Of a DNA stretch of 64,000 bases, positions 20,612 to 31,866 are shown piece by piece. This stretch comes from Escherichia phage T4. Under the pieces are notes generated by a model. The model was not told where the DNA came from. It searched no databases and was given only the letters and a program-made list of their open reading frames with translations. The first letter of the stretch is position 1, and every line of letters begins with the position of its first letter. Made by a program: the position numbers and the translations under genes. The stretch lies in the sequence record NC_000866.4, one strand, 5' to 3'.

Positions 20612-22039
20612 CTAAAATTTTAATTCATTCGCCAAAGCATCTAACTGAGCTCGAGTCGATTCATTTCTTTGATAGCGATTCTGCTCAGCCTGAATCTGTT
20701 GTGAACCTGCTACTTCGTTCACTTCAGTTGGAGTAGAATCTTGTTCAATTTCTACCCATTTTTGATTTCCTTTTTGAACACCCATCAAAAACTTATTCCA
20801 CTTATTCTTATCACCATATCGTGATTTGATTTGCTTAATGAGTTGTTGTTCAGCAGCTGCTAGCTCCTCGGTTTCAATGACCGCAAGCATAAAATCGGCT
20901 GTTGCTGGAAGACCGGCAGATTCTGCAATATCGCTCATGTTAACATCGGAAGAGTCCCAAGCTTGTTTACCAACCTGTGCTGCAGTCCAAAGAACAGTTT
21001 CGGTTTCAACAGCCAGAGCACGTAATTCCTCTGCAATAGCTTTAACAGTTGTGTAACTATTTTCTGAATAAACTCTAATGCGGCAAGATTTACAAATACC
21101 TAGATAGTCGACAATAATGATTGTTGGAACAAAATTCTTCTTGAGCTTCAATTCGTTTAAAAGTGATCGAAATGTATTAGCGTCTGCTCCACCAGTAGGA
21201 TACTGTTTAACGATTAAACGACCAAGAGTAGATTTCTCACGCCATTTTTCCATTTTTCCTTTATACTCAGCGTAAGAAATATGCCCATCATCAATGTCAT
21301 CAAGAGAAACATCAAGCATATTAGCGTCAATACGTTTAGCACAGACTTCTTCTGCCATTTCCATGGAAATGTAAAGAACATTATGTCCGAGCTGTAAATA
21401 ATCTGCCGCTAATGAACACAATCCTAATGATTTACCAACGTTAACGCCAGCCATTAAAACGTTCAGTGTTCCAGTTTCAGCTCCGCCTTTCGTAATTTTG
21501 TTCAGAATTCTGAGTTTAAATGGAACCTTACGAGCTTTATTCATATAAGATAGCCAACGTGCTTCGTAGTCATCCATCCAATCATGACCAACGTAACTAT
21601 CAAATGAAATTGATAATGCCTGGCGCATGATGTCAGGAATAGCACCAACATCCGGCATTTTCTTATTTCGTTTTTCCGGAGGAAGCTCAGCATTAGTTTG
21701 AATTTCGATTATTTTAGACGTAGCATTAAACATCGCCCTTTGCTGAACATATTTTTCTGTTTCTTTTACTAACCAGCTGTGGTCTTCCGGAGAATCAGCC
21801 AGTTTTGAAATAAGTGTTTTTACACCAGAATATTCTGTTTCAGTAAATGAACTATTTTCTAATGCAACATTTAACGCATTAATAGATGGAACGCTATGGT
21901 ACTCATTAACATGAGATTTAATTAATTTGAATGTATTTTTAGCTGGACCACTTTCAAAATATTCTGAATCCATATATGGCCAAACTTTTGAAAAATAAGC
22001 TTGATCAAATATGAGATGAGAAAGAATAATTTCTACCAC
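20612..22039 (-). CDS. 41: replicative DNA helicase gp41 (DnaB-like)
   Basis: 475-aa ORF, Walker A GVNVGKS. Confidence 0.94.
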   Translation of the reverse strand: MVEIILSHLIFDQAYFSKVWPYMDSEYFESGPAKNTFKLIKSHVNEYHSVPSINALNVALENSSFTETEYSGVKTLISKLADSPEDHSWLVKETEKYVQQRAMFNATSKIIEIQTNAELPPEKRNKKMPDVGAIPDIMRQALSISFDSYVGHDWMDDYEARWLSYMNKARKVPFKLRILNKITKGGAETGTLNVLMAGVNVGKSLGLCSLAADYLQLGHNVLYISMEMAEEVCAKRIDANMLDVSLDDIDDGHISYAEYKGKMEKWREKSTLGRLIVKQYPTGGADANTFRSLLNELKLKKNFVPTIIIVDYLGICKSCRIRVYSENSYTTVKAIAEELRALAVETETVLWTAAQVGKQAWDSSDVNMSDIAESAGLPATADFMLAVIETEELAAAEQQLIKQIKSRYGDKNKWNKFLMGVQKGNQKWVEIEQDSTPTEVNEVAGSQQIQAEQNRYQRNESTRAQLDALANELKF

Positions 22040-22048
22040 ACTTACTCC

Positions 22049-22411
22049 TTAAAAGAATTTAAATTTTTTCTTTGACCTTTTATTAAATGCATCTTGCAGT
22101 TGCATTGTAATACATTTTTCTACATGAGGAGCTAACTCAGCTTTTCTTTCTTGGTCAAGAACAGCAAAGTCCATTACAACCTTTCCATCAACCCAATCCA
22201 GTTTAGTTACATACACTATATGCGTAGAACCATCTTCTAGTTTAATGACAATCTCCTGGATAACATTTTCCATAGCAGATTTAATTATCTTAAGAGACTC
22301 ATTAAAAAGACGTTCTTTTCTTTCTTCTTCCCCCTCCGAAGAGGGGGATTCATCGATAATTTCTAGATCTAAATCTAAATCATCTTTATTCATTAAATTC
22401 TTCCATATCAC
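22049..22411 (-). CDS. 40: gp40-like protein
   Basis: 120-aa ORF between 41 and uvsX; synteny. Confidence 0.65.
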   Translation of the reverse strand: MIWKNLMNKDDLDLDLEIIDESPSSEGEEERKERLFNESLKIIKSAMENVIQEIVIKLEDGSTHIVYVTKLDWVDGKVVMDFAVLDQERKAELAPHVEKCITMQLQDAFNKRSKKKFKFF

Positions 22412-23561
22412 TTAGCTGTTCGAGGTCAGTTTCTAAATCAGCAGCTGATTTACTTTTACTTTCTGGAGATTTAAATTTTTCAACCTTTGAGTTAATCAAT
22501 TCATCAACTTCAGCTTCAACAATTTCATTACTATCAATAGCACCTAACTGATAAGCACGTTTAATAGCATCTCGGAATGGTTGATGCTTAAATAAAGGAC
22601 CCCAGAATGTAGTGCAGTTGGTATCTTTTGCACGCCAAGATTTTTCTTCGCGAATCATCTCGCCAGTTTCTTCGTCAAGAAATTCACGAGCATACCAGCC
22701 ATTTTTAGGTTTTACCACGAATCCTAATTCTAGAGCCATATCTAACAATCCAGAATAAGGATCGATACCACCGTCAAATTTAACATCAATAAAGAATTTA
22801 CTTTTTTCTTTAACGGTACGAGATTTTTCTACATTTAGAACAAATTGATACCCCTGAAGATCAGAACCATCTTTAATCTGGCGTTTACCGATAATGAATA
22901 CGGTATCAGCCGAATACATCGGTCCAGTACCACCTCCCATAACTGTTTTACTAAACATTTCTTGTGTTTCGTATGTATGGTTAATAGCAATACATGGAAT
23001 ATTTTTAGTACTAAAATAGGGAGTTACGATACGAAATAAGCTTTTCATTGTTTTAGCTCTAGTCATATCACTAACAACTTTTTCATTTAAAGCATCTTCA
23101 GTTTCTTTCTTAGAAGCTAAGTTACCAAGTGAATCGATAAAAACGACTACCTTTTCGCCGCGTTCAATTGCATCCAATTGATTAACCATGTCAATACGTA
23201 ATTGCTCAAGTGATTGAACCGGAGTATGAATTACTCGTTCTGGATCGACTCCCATAGACCGCAAATAAGCAGGAGTAATACCAAATTCACTATCATAAAA
23301 CAAACATACTGCATCAGGATATTGACGCATGTAAGATGACACCATTGTTAATCCAAAGTTTGATTTAAATGATTTTGATGGACCTGCCAAAATTAACAGA
23401 CCAGATTGCATACCACCAGTAATTTCACCAGAAAGTGCAATATTCATCATAGGAATTTTTGTTCGAACTACATCTTTTTCATTAAAGAATTTAGATGCTG
23501 TTAATTCTGCAGTCAATTTAGAAGTAGAAGCTTTAATCAAACGAGATTTTAAATCAGACAT
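22386..23561 (-). CDS. uvsX: UvsX recombinase (RecA-like)
   Basis: 391-aa ORF, Walker A GPSKSFKS. Confidence 0.94.
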   Translation of the reverse strand: MSDLKSRLIKASTSKLTAELTASKFFNEKDVVRTKIPMMNIALSGEITGGMQSGLLILAGPSKSFKSNFGLTMVSSYMRQYPDAVCLFYDSEFGITPAYLRSMGVDPERVIHTPVQSLEQLRIDMVNQLDAIERGEKVVVFIDSLGNLASKKETEDALNEKVVSDMTRAKTMKSLFRIVTPYFSTKNIPCIAINHTYETQEMFSKTVMGGGTGPMYSADTVFIIGKRQIKDGSDLQGYQFVLNVEKSRTVKEKSKFFIDVKFDGGIDPYSGLLDMALELGFVVKPKNGWYAREFLDEETGEMIREEKSWRAKDTNCTTFWGPLFKHQPFRDAIKRAYQLGAIDSNEIVEAEVDELINSKVEKFKSPESKSKSAADLETDLEQLSDMEEFNE

Positions 23562-23569
23562 ATAATACC

Positions 23570-24235
23570 TTATAGTAGTGTTCTTGTTCCACGAAATACT
23601 TCGAGCATTCTTGCATAAGATTTATTTGGAAATCCAGCTTCAATTGCTAATTTTTTAAGCTTAATAGCACCGGATTTTCCAGAGTTTTCCCATATTTCTT
23701 TAATCTTTTCAATGTTATCCCACATTATTGGGTCACGTTTATGTGATGGTTTATTTCTATTATAACCATATGGATTATTAAGCAAAGCTTCTTTTCGTTT
23801 TGCTTTAGTTTCTTCTGACTGCTTTTTGCCTAGCTGGGCTTTCCGGCAAACATCACTAAATCCAAGATGTTTTGGTTTTCCTTTTTGAGCTTTTGAAATT
23901 TTTTCTTTGGTTTCTGATGAAACTCTATAACCAATTCTTCTACCACCCTCTCCACCAATTTTTAAATTATAAGTCATAGGATCATTTACCACATCTATTG
24001 TTACTAATTCTCTTTCAGCATCACGGGCTGATTTAAAATCTTTATAAAACCCAAGAATGCTTAAATTAAAATTTTTCTTACCATACTTTTTCTTGGCTTG
24101 TGCTAATAAAGTTCCTGATCCCATATAACCATCATTTAAATCATCGGTTGAATGAGTTCCATAGTAAATTTTATTATTAACTAAATTAGTTATAACATAA
24201 GTATAATTATATTTCTTTTCTTTATGTCTTTTCAT
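23570..24235 (-). CDS. segA: GIY-YIG homing endonuclease SegA
   Basis: ORF with GIY-YIG motif (YVITNLVNNKIYYGTH); ATG at 24233-24235 gives 221 aa. Confidence 0.82.
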   Translation of the reverse strand: MKRHKEKKYNYTYVITNLVNNKIYYGTHSTDDLNDGYMGSGTLLAQAKKKYGKKNFNLSILGFYKDFKSARDAERELVTIDVVNDPMTYNLKIGGEGGRRIGYRVSSETKEKISKAQKGKPKHLGFSDVCRKAQLGKKQSEETKAKRKEALLNNPYGYNRNKPSHKRDPIMWDNIEKIKEIWENSGKSGAIKLKKLAIEAGFPNKSYARMLEVFRGTRTLL

Positions 24236-24399
24236 GTCATTAATCAACTGCTATTCGATGAACTTCTCTCTTTTCTAATCAATATAACAAAAGAAGTCCC
24301 AAAAAGCAAACAGACCTAAACCGATAATAAGCAATAAAGGTCCTAACATTTATTCCACCGGTTAAAGATAAATAACTTTCTAATAATAGTTCATAATTT

Positions 24400-25455
24400 T
24401 TATAAATCAATAGCTTTTTTGAACGCATCTTGCCATTCGGCTTTCTTTGCACGGGTTTTATTTAAAATATCATGTTGAATAGAAAGCATCTCTTTACGCA
24501 AAACATCACTGTGTTTTAACTCATTGACTCTATCAATGAGTTCAGCACGATTATTTACATAAAAACGAGCATCATTAATAATTCGATGTTTGGTATCAAA
24601 TTCTTCGTCAATTAGCATCACTGCATCAGATGCCATTGTTTCCCAGACGCGTAAGGTAATAAAGTTGTCATTATAATTCTTGTCACCAATAATTAATGCA
24701 GCAATAGCTTGACTATTCTTTTCAGATACCATGTTCATAGGAATTTTTCCAGTGAACACCGGAGCTTTGGTCCAAGGATATTTAGGATTTTTAAACTGTT
24801 TTTCTCGTGCATTGCCAAAAAACTCAATATTTAAACCGGTGTCAAATAAGAATTCTACCATCTTGGATTCGCGTTGACCGGACCGAAATGAACCGCCATA
24901 AATAACATCCAAAGTTTTCTTGGTAGGCTTAGATAATTGAAAATCGTTCATATGAATTTTATATTGTTCAATAGGAAAATATTCAAATTCAATAACATTA
25001 TCAACTTTCTTATGCGCAGCCTTAGCAATGTCTAAATTTATACCTTGGGAAATCACTTTAATTGGTGATTTAATTAATAGCTCTTCTTCAGTGTACAAAT
25101 ATGCCCATGGTCTATTTTTAACATTTGGCCAAGACTGCGAAAACGGCAAACGTATATCTGTAAATAAATAATAAATTTTACTTTTGTATTTTGCCATAAA
25201 TTTTTGCGCAGATAAAATTGCTAAATTAGGTTTACCGCCAAAAAAGTTAATAGAAGAATTAACAACTATCAAACGGTCATAATCATTAACATCTACTTCA
25301 TCAAAAGATTTAGTGTAAACACCATTTTTAAGAGAAATAATGTCGACATTAAGACCCATTTCAGAAATAACTTTAAAAAGATAAATAGTTTCAGAAGATG
25401 GAACAGTTTTAAAATTAATAACATTATTACCCATATTAATTATAGCAATTTTCAT
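24400..25455 (-). CDS. bgt: DNA beta-glucosyltransferase
   Basis: 351-aa ORF MKIAIINMGNNVINFKTVPSSETIYLFK... Confidence 0.9.
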   Translation of the reverse strand: MKIAIINMGNNVINFKTVPSSETIYLFKVISEMGLNVDIISLKNGVYTKSFDEVDVNDYDRLIVVNSSINFFGGKPNLAILSAQKFMAKYKSKIYYLFTDIRLPFSQSWPNVKNRPWAYLYTEEELLIKSPIKVISQGINLDIAKAAHKKVDNVIEFEYFPIEQYKIHMNDFQLSKPTKKTLDVIYGGSFRSGQRESKMVEFLFDTGLNIEFFGNAREKQFKNPKYPWTKAPVFTGKIPMNMVSEKNSQAIAALIIGDKNYNDNFITLRVWETMASDAVMLIDEEFDTKHRIINDARFYVNNRAELIDRVNELKHSDVLRKEMLSIQHDILNKTRAKKAEWQDAFKKAIDL

Positions 25456-25478
25456 ATTATTCCTTTTATGTTAAACGA

Positions 25479-26219
25479 TTAAGCGTATTTTCCTACATAA
25501 TCTTTTTTCGAAATATGTGTTTCGCCAGTTTTCCACCAATGATCAACCAAATAAAAATGACGAGAATACACATGTAGGCTTCCAACATTCCATATAATGG
25601 AACCTGCTTTATACTGGCGAGTTGAATCACCTGCATTCAAATCAGATACTAATTTATCTAATACGTATTTTTGCCATGCATAATCATTACGGAATCCGAA
25701 GACCACGTCATTTGAGCGCATGTTAACAACCGCATTGATTTTCTTGTCACGAATCAGGTATTGTACTGTATTCGTGCACATGAAATCTGACATACCATCT
25801 TTATTATAGTCAAACTGCATAGATGGACGAGTATAAATCATGATACCACGTCGAGAATCAGGATTTTGACCAAGTTCAGCTAAACACATGTCATACTGAG
25901 CATAGTTATCTTCTGACCAGATAGCCCAACCATAATTCGAGTTAATTTCACCTTTAGAAGATGCTACTTGTTGCCAAATCTTCGGTGTTTCACCCGGAAT
26001 ATCTTTAACGAACAAGCTTTTAGATTTATACCATTCAAGTTCACGCTGAATGTATTCATCATTAAGAGCGCCAAAAATAAACGGTTCATCTGCTACAAAT
26101 GATGCGCCAATAATTTCAATAGTTTTAACACCTGTTTTATCAACTACGAAATCTTTTTCTTTTAATGCAAGCCCCAAATGAAGACGGATTTCTTCAACTG
26201 TCATAGAGTCACTAATCAT
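25479..26219 (-). CDS. 42: dCMP hydroxymethylase gp42
   Basis: 246-aa ORF, thymidylate-synthase-like fold. Confidence 0.93.
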   Translation of the reverse strand: MISDSMTVEEIRLHLGLALKEKDFVVDKTGVKTIEIIGASFVADEPFIFGALNDEYIQRELEWYKSKSLFVKDIPGETPKIWQQVASSKGEINSNYGWAIWSEDNYAQYDMCLAELGQNPDSRRGIMIYTRPSMQFDYNKDGMSDFMCTNTVQYLIRDKKINAVVNMRSNDVVFGFRNDYAWQKYVLDKLVSDLNAGDSTRQYKAGSIIWNVGSLHVYSRHFYLVDHWWKTGETHISKKDYVGKYA

Positions 26220-26227
26220 TTAAACCT

Positions 26228-26376
26228 CAATTGATACATTCATATTTAACTTGTAACAGTAATAAACTCCAACCTAAAATAATAGTTGGAATCATAAGAG
26301 GAACCGTTACACTATAGTATATACTTATTATAATCATCAAGATTAAAAGCAATGCTGCTATAATTTTGCTTTTCAT
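26228..26376 (-). CDS. possible 49-aa membrane peptide
   Basis: By-eye ORF MKSKIIAALLLILMIIISIYY...; its ATG overlaps the upstream stop (ATGA). Confidence 0.35.
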
Positions 26377-26624
26377 TCCTTCTCTCTGATGATAATTACC
26401 TGATTTGGCTGCGCAGACTTTTTAGTTTCACCTGCAATTGACCAAATAAATGTAATAAACCAACCAATAATTGACCAGTTAAACAGTAAAGATGCGAAAA
26501 AGATTCCTACTGTCGATTTTGACCCACGCATCAAGGCGATAAACCATGGAAGCATGTATATAATAATAGCCAACACGCCTGAAACTAAAACCATAAAAAT
26601 TGAACCTGCTACTAAAGTTTCCAT
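26373..26624 (-). CDS. imm: two-TM membrane protein, probably Imm
   Basis: ORF METLVAGSIFMVLVSGVLAIIIYMLPWF... with two hydrophobic helices; ATG at 26622-26624 gives 83 aa. Confidence 0.6.
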   Translation of the reverse strand: METLVAGSIFMVLVSGVLAIIIYMLPWFIALMRGSKSTVGIFFASLLFNWSIIGWFITFIWSIAGETKKSAQPNQVIIIREKE

Positions 26625-26635
26625 GTTTTCCTCAC

Positions 26636-27025
26636 TTAGGTCAAATTTTTTACACATGAATTATAAGAATTCACTACATACTCCATCGGAGCGTTTTTAC
26701 CTGTACGCCACTGGTAATTATTAGCCCAATTTGCCCAAAGCTCAGCGCAGTAGTTTTCAATTTTTTCTTCGCGTGTAATTACATCTGAATTACGATATGC
26801 TTGAGCAGATTCATCTGGACGAATAGCTTCGTCAAAATTCGCCTGCATTTGTTCTACTGTCTGTTTTGGAGCTTCTTTATAACACTTGACATTAGGATTA
26901 TAAAATTTGCTTGAACAGTTTACAATTTTTCCTACATCAGACTGATTTACTACCGGTCCTTGAGCTACACAACCAGCAAGACCTAATGCAATAACCAAAA
27001 TAGCGATTTTCATTTCATTCTCCAA
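26636..27025 (-). CDS. predicted lipoprotein (imm.1 position)
   Basis: 129-aa ORF with signal peptide and lipobox (LGLAGC). Confidence 0.6.
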   Translation of the reverse strand: MENEMKIAILVIALGLAGCVAQGPVVNQSDVGKIVNCSSKFYNPNVKCYKEAPKQTVEQMQANFDEAIRPDESAQAYRNSDVITREEKIENYCAELWANWANNYQWRTGKNAPMEYVVNSYNSCVKNLT

Positions 27026-27048
27026 ATCCGTATCAGTAGTTGATAGTT

Positions 27049-27080
27049 GTATAGTACCATGGAAGAACAGTCTTGTAAAC
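27049..27080 (-). promoter_or_regulatory. early sigma70-type promoter
   Basis: Minus strand GTTTAC -35 with AT-rich UP-like tract, just upstream of 26636..27025. Confidence 0.55.
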
Positions 27081-27167
27081 AGTTTTGTGAAAAAATTTTT
27101 AGGGAATCCAAAGGGTCCAGAATCATCTCTTTTTCATAAGTATAGATTTATATTACTTGTATGAAAA

Positions 27168-27185
27168 AGGGACCTGGAGGTCCTA
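27168..27185 (-). terminator. hairpin downstream of gene 43
   Basis: gggacc-tgg-aggtcc inverted repeat after the gene 43 stop. Confidence 0.5.
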
Positions 27186-27196
27186 GATTTATTCTA

Positions 27197-29893
27197 TCAG
27201 CCAAACAGGAAGTCTAACGAAGCTTTTTCTTCATAGTCCATGCCAGCCGATTCACACATACCCGCAAGCGGTTTAACAAACGATTTTTGGAACAAAGTTG
27301 AGTGGTCAATCCAAGATAGCACATCAGAACGAATTTCTTTTGGAAGTTCTGTACCCGATGGCCAAGCAATGCACTTGTCACCAAATGGATTTCCTTCACG
27401 TAATGGAAGAACCATTACTTTATTTCCATCCAAAATTGGAGCTACACCTAAACCGCTAACAGCTCGACGATAAGTTAGCACACCACGAATATGGAACGGG
27501 CATTTAAATCCTGGCCAACCTTTATCATCATATTTCGCTATATCGTTCGCAGTTTTTACTTCAGCAATAACTTTATAGTCAAGTTGACGATATTCTTTCT
27601 CGAAGTTCTTGTAGTATTCTTGGACAGACTCTTCACCTTCCTGAAGAATACGACGAATACTTTCTTCGAGAGCTTCTTGCACTGCTTTTGGTGTTGAACT
27701 CTGCTGAGTTTCCATACCCATGATTTTTAGATGCGGTTCAGCAAATCGCTTATCTTCCATATCATAAACGTTCAGAGCATAACGCTTTTTCGCTTTCCAA
27801 AATCCACCAACGCCCTTTGAACCAAGCGGAGGGCAAGAAATAGCTTCACGGTCCATATGCATCAGATGCTCGCGGTTATTCATATAATCACATAACTCAC
27901 GATATGCAACATCAATCATAGGTTCCATCTTTTTCTTACCGAACTGATTCATGAATTCAACCAAATCGTTCTGCTCTTTGAATCGGTCAAGACCAACTTT
28001 TTCAATAACTTTATCTACGCAAACATATACCGAATCAGTATCACCTGCTGCAATGAAATCTTCATCATTAGTTCCGCATACTTTATTCAGATATTCATTA
28101 ATTTTACGAGCAATCCACTGAATACCGACTTGGCCGAAAATTGTGATAGCAGTAGCATTTCGCAAATCATAGTAACGGAAATGAATATTACCAAGAGCAC
28201 CATAAAGACTGTTAATGAGAATTTTACGGTTCAGCTGATTTGTATTAGCAAGTGTAGCTGCTTTTTCACATTCTTCAATCAGACTATTGAGAACAGATTC
28301 GGTGTAATTCGATAGTTCATTTAAGAAATCATCACTGAACTTAACATATCGTTCAACTTCTGGTTTAGTTGAACAAGACCCTGCGCCTTTCATAATAATC
28401 TTTTTAATAGCTTCGGCATTCATTTCTTCAGCGAACATTTTCTTTTTCCAGTCTTTACGCTGGAAAAATACTTTAGCGATTTCCTTTGGAATGATACCTT
28501 CTTGATGTTTATCATACATCCATCCATTCGGAGAACAAGAATATTCATCACTCGGTTTAGGAGCTGTTCCTGCGATATATTCATGAATTGGATGAACTTT
28601 AAACTGACCACGAATAGTTTCAGGACTAATGTTAACCTGGCGAATAATGCTCGGATACAGAGACGTCAAGTCAAAACTCATAATGTATCGACGTGCAATT
28701 GGTTTAGGTTCAAACACAAATGCACCCGGAAAACTCTGTTTAACGTGCGAACCTTGTTGAGGAATAACCTTATGTTCACCTTTCAATGAGTTAAAAATAA
28801 TAGCATCCCAAGTTTTAATAGGACTCATTACACCAGAAAAAGGCATTTTAGCGTAATAAGACATACTTAAAACTAGATCGATAAACCCACGAATTTTATC
28901 GATTGCTTGAACTGATTCTACGTCAATGATGTTATAACTAATGTATCGTTGATGATTAGTCTCACGAAGTTTATTAATAGGACCGTCGTATGGTAATTTA
29001 CCTTTTTTGGTTTCATGTTGAGCAACTGATTCCAAAGAGAATGACGGCAAATTAGTAAAAGCGAATTTCTTGTACAAATCTAAATAATCAAGAATAGATA
29101 CGCCATCAATAGAATAAATTTCTTTGCTACCGTACATATTTTGAATTAGTTTAGATTTTACCCGACCGATTGGAGAGAAACGTTTCATACTACGTTCACC
29201 CAGAATCATTTTAACACGATTCATGATATACGGAACGTCAAACCCCTCAATATTCCAACCAGTAAAAATAGCAGGTCGTTTCTGTTCCCAAAGATTGATA
29301 TATTCCATGAGCATATCACGCTCATTATCGAATGGCATATAAATTACTCGGTCAAGAATTTCTTGAGGAACTTCATCACCACCTTCACAGTCAAGCTTAG
29401 CAGCTAACTTTGCATCCCATTTTGATACTGAACCGTACATTGAATTCAAAAGGTCGAAAACATAAAAACGATCGTCAATTGAATCGTAATGAGTGATAGC
29501 ATCAATTTCATATTCTGCTTTCATTGGGTCAGGAAATTTATCACCAGTAACCTCAATGTCACAGTTAGCTACACGAACAAATTTTCGGTCATAAACAATT
29601 TCTGAACCATATGTATCACTTATATAAGCGAGTTTAAAATCGTTCATACCGAGAGCTTCGAGACCGATGTCTTCCATTCGCTTCATCCAATCTCGAGCAT
29701 CTTTCATTGATGGAAATTTTTGAGGAGCGCAGTTTTTACCATAGATGTCTTTGTATTTTGACTCTTCCTTACAATGCCTAAACATAGTTGGAAGATATTC
29801 TACTTCACGGGTACGTTCCTTTCCATTTTCATCAATATAACGTTCAACAATGTTATTTCCGACTGTTTCAATAGAGATATAAAATTCTTTCAT
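27197..29893 (-). CDS. 43: DNA polymerase gp43 (family B)
   Basis: 898-aa ORF MKEFYISIETVGNNIVERYIDENGKER... Confidence 0.96.
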   Translation of the reverse strand: MKEFYISIETVGNNIVERYIDENGKERTREVEYLPTMFRHCKEESKYKDIYGKNCAPQKFPSMKDARDWMKRMEDIGLEALGMNDFKLAYISDTYGSEIVYDRKFVRVANCDIEVTGDKFPDPMKAEYEIDAITHYDSIDDRFYVFDLLNSMYGSVSKWDAKLAAKLDCEGGDEVPQEILDRVIYMPFDNERDMLMEYINLWEQKRPAIFTGWNIEGFDVPYIMNRVKMILGERSMKRFSPIGRVKSKLIQNMYGSKEIYSIDGVSILDYLDLYKKFAFTNLPSFSLESVAQHETKKGKLPYDGPINKLRETNHQRYISYNIIDVESVQAIDKIRGFIDLVLSMSYYAKMPFSGVMSPIKTWDAIIFNSLKGEHKVIPQQGSHVKQSFPGAFVFEPKPIARRYIMSFDLTSLYPSIIRQVNISPETIRGQFKVHPIHEYIAGTAPKPSDEYSCSPNGWMYDKHQEGIIPKEIAKVFFQRKDWKKKMFAEEMNAEAIKKIIMKGAGSCSTKPEVERYVKFSDDFLNELSNYTESVLNSLIEECEKAATLANTNQLNRKILINSLYGALGNIHFRYYDLRNATAITIFGQVGIQWIARKINEYLNKVCGTNDEDFIAAGDTDSVYVCVDKVIEKVGLDRFKEQNDLVEFMNQFGKKKMEPMIDVAYRELCDYMNNREHLMHMDREAISCPPLGSKGVGGFWKAKKRYALNVYDMEDKRFAEPHLKIMGMETQQSSTPKAVQEALEESIRRILQEGEESVQEYYKNFEKEYRQLDYKVIAEVKTANDIAKYDDKGWPGFKCPFHIRGVLTYRRAVSGLGVAPILDGNKVMVLPLREGNPFGDKCIAWPSGTELPKEIRSDVLSWIDHSTLFQKSFVKPLAGMCESAGMDYEEKASLDFLFG

Positions 29894-29951
29894 AGATATT
29901 CCTTAGTTTATAGCCCGAGTTATTAGGCTCTTGATATATTATACTCCAAAT

Positions 29952-29969
29952 AAGGGGCCGAAGCCCCTT
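29952..29969 (-). terminator. UUCG-tetraloop hairpin between regA and 43
   Basis: aaggggc-cgaa-gcccctt inverted repeat. Confidence 0.5.
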
Positions 29970-29971
29970 GC

Positions 29972-30340
29972 TTAATTACCAATCGTATATTTAGGAACGA
30001 GCTTCCATTCATGTTTTTGTTTAAAAGAAATAACTCGGAAGTTATTAGTTAAATCTTTCATAAAAGTTCTTTGACCAGGAACGATTTCAATTAGTCCCCA
30101 ATCTTCTAATAGCCATGCAATCGAATCACGACGAACTTCATCTTCTTCTGTCATTTCAACTTGACGACCATCCATACGAAGCATTTCTTTAAAATGAACG
30201 ATATAGTATAGTCCTTTTTTCTGAAGAATATGACAGGACTGATATAGAACTTTATCTTTATTATTAGCAATTCCCATACGAGTCAAAGTTTCTTTTACTT
30301 TCAGAAAATCTTCAGGTTTTTTAAGAGTAATTTCAATCAT
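29972..30340 (-). CDS. regA: translational repressor RegA
   Basis: 122-aa ORF MIEITLKKPEDFLKVKETLTRMG... Confidence 0.9.
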   Translation of the reverse strand: MIEITLKKPEDFLKVKETLTRMGIANNKDKVLYQSCHILQKKGLYYIVHFKEMLRMDGRQVEMTEEDEVRRDSIAWLLEDWGLIEIVPGQRTFMKDLTNNFRVISFKQKHEWKLVPKYTIGN

Positions 30341-30341
30341 T

Positions 30342-30905
30342 TTACCATTCCAATGCTAGTTTTTTGAGTTGTTTCTGTTCTTTTACGTTCTTAGTCACTT
30401 CTTTCAAAAAATCATCCGTGACTAAACCTTTTAGTTCTTTTAATACTAAAGGAAGTTTTCCATTTTTAGTAAGAATTGATTTATAGTTAATTGCATCATT
30501 TGTATTAACTTGATACCGCTTAGCAAGTAACTTAATAATCAATACTTCGGTGGAATCTTCAACCAGTTTTGCCCATTTACCATATCTTTTACCACGAGGA
30601 ACTGCAGCCATTAGATAATTAAAATGAGCTTCATCACTTAAGCCTGATCCAATTAAATTCATAGCATATACAGCTGGCATACACTCTGGAAATTGTGATA
30701 ATGCATTTTCAACCATGAATTTTGAATAATCTTTTTGAGCAATAGAGCATTTAGTTTTATTATTAATAGCTCCAATTATTTCAAAAAATTCATTTTCTGC
30801 TTTTTCTTTAAAAGAATCAGCAGCGGATTGGACAGCTGTCCAATCTTTTGAATACCAAGCAACTTGATGCTCGTTTAATTGAATATCATCTTTAAATAAG
30901 CTCAT
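30342..30905 (-). CDS. 62: clamp loader small subunit gp62
   Basis: 187-aa ORF directly downstream of 44. Confidence 0.88.
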
Positions 30906-30906
30906 A

Positions 30907-31866
30907 TCACTTCCACTGCATTTCGCATGCTAATTGAATGAAAAGATAAGCTAAATGCAATTCAGTATTAGCTGCAATACCATGATACTGATTATTTTCG
31001 CCGACAATTTCGTACATACGAATAATACTTTGTGGAGTTACACGTGAATAGATTTCTTCGGCAAGTTTACCCACGAACCACGAATAATCAGCCGCATATT
31101 TTGGTGCTAAAGCTCTGAGTTGTTTAACATCTTTATTTTTGAGAGACTCAAGAACATCATCAATAGCACCACGATCGTTAGTAACCAGTGATAAAATACC
31201 AGCATCCAAAACACCTTTAGACGAATAACTATCGAGCTCGCCAATAGTTTTACGAAAATCAGGAAAATTCTTTTTAACCAAAGCTGCTACAACTTTCATA
31301 TCAGCTATAGCAATTCCTTCATGCTTGCAGATTTCAGTCAATCGACGAATCATCTGCTTCATCATTTCAATTTTATCTTCATCAGTTGGTTGACCGAATG
31401 TAATAACTCGGCAGCGTGACTGAAGCGGTTTAATAATACCATCAATATTATTAGCAGTAATAATAATACTACAGTTTGAACTATAAGCTTCCATAAAGGA
31501 ACGAAGATGTCGCTGAGACTCTGCTAACCCTGAACGGTCAAATTCATCAATAACGATTACTTTTTGACGACCATCAAATGAAGCGGCGCTGGCAAAATTA
31601 GTCAAAGGACCACGAACGAAATCAATTTTACAATCTGACCCATTCACAAACATCATATCAGCATTTACATCATGACATAATGCTTTTGCTACAGTTGTTT
31701 TACCTGTTCCTGGAGAAGGAGAATGAAGAATAATATGTGGAATCTTACCTTTACTTGTAATAGATTTAAAGGTTTCTTTATCAAAAGCGGGAAGAATACA
31801 TTCATCGATAGTAGATGGACGATATTTCTGTTCAAGAATGTGTTCTTTTTCATTTACAGTAATCAT
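30907..31866 (-). CDS. 44: clamp loader large subunit gp44 (AAA+)
   Basis: ORF-track start is TTG; ATG at 31864-31866 gives 319 aa; Walker A GTGKTT. Confidence 0.92.

Noticed and set aside
20826-21056. 76-aa plus-strand ORF rich in Ala/Ser inside helicase gene 41
   Set aside because: Antisense to a conserved helicase CDS; compositional artefact of the GC-richer segment.
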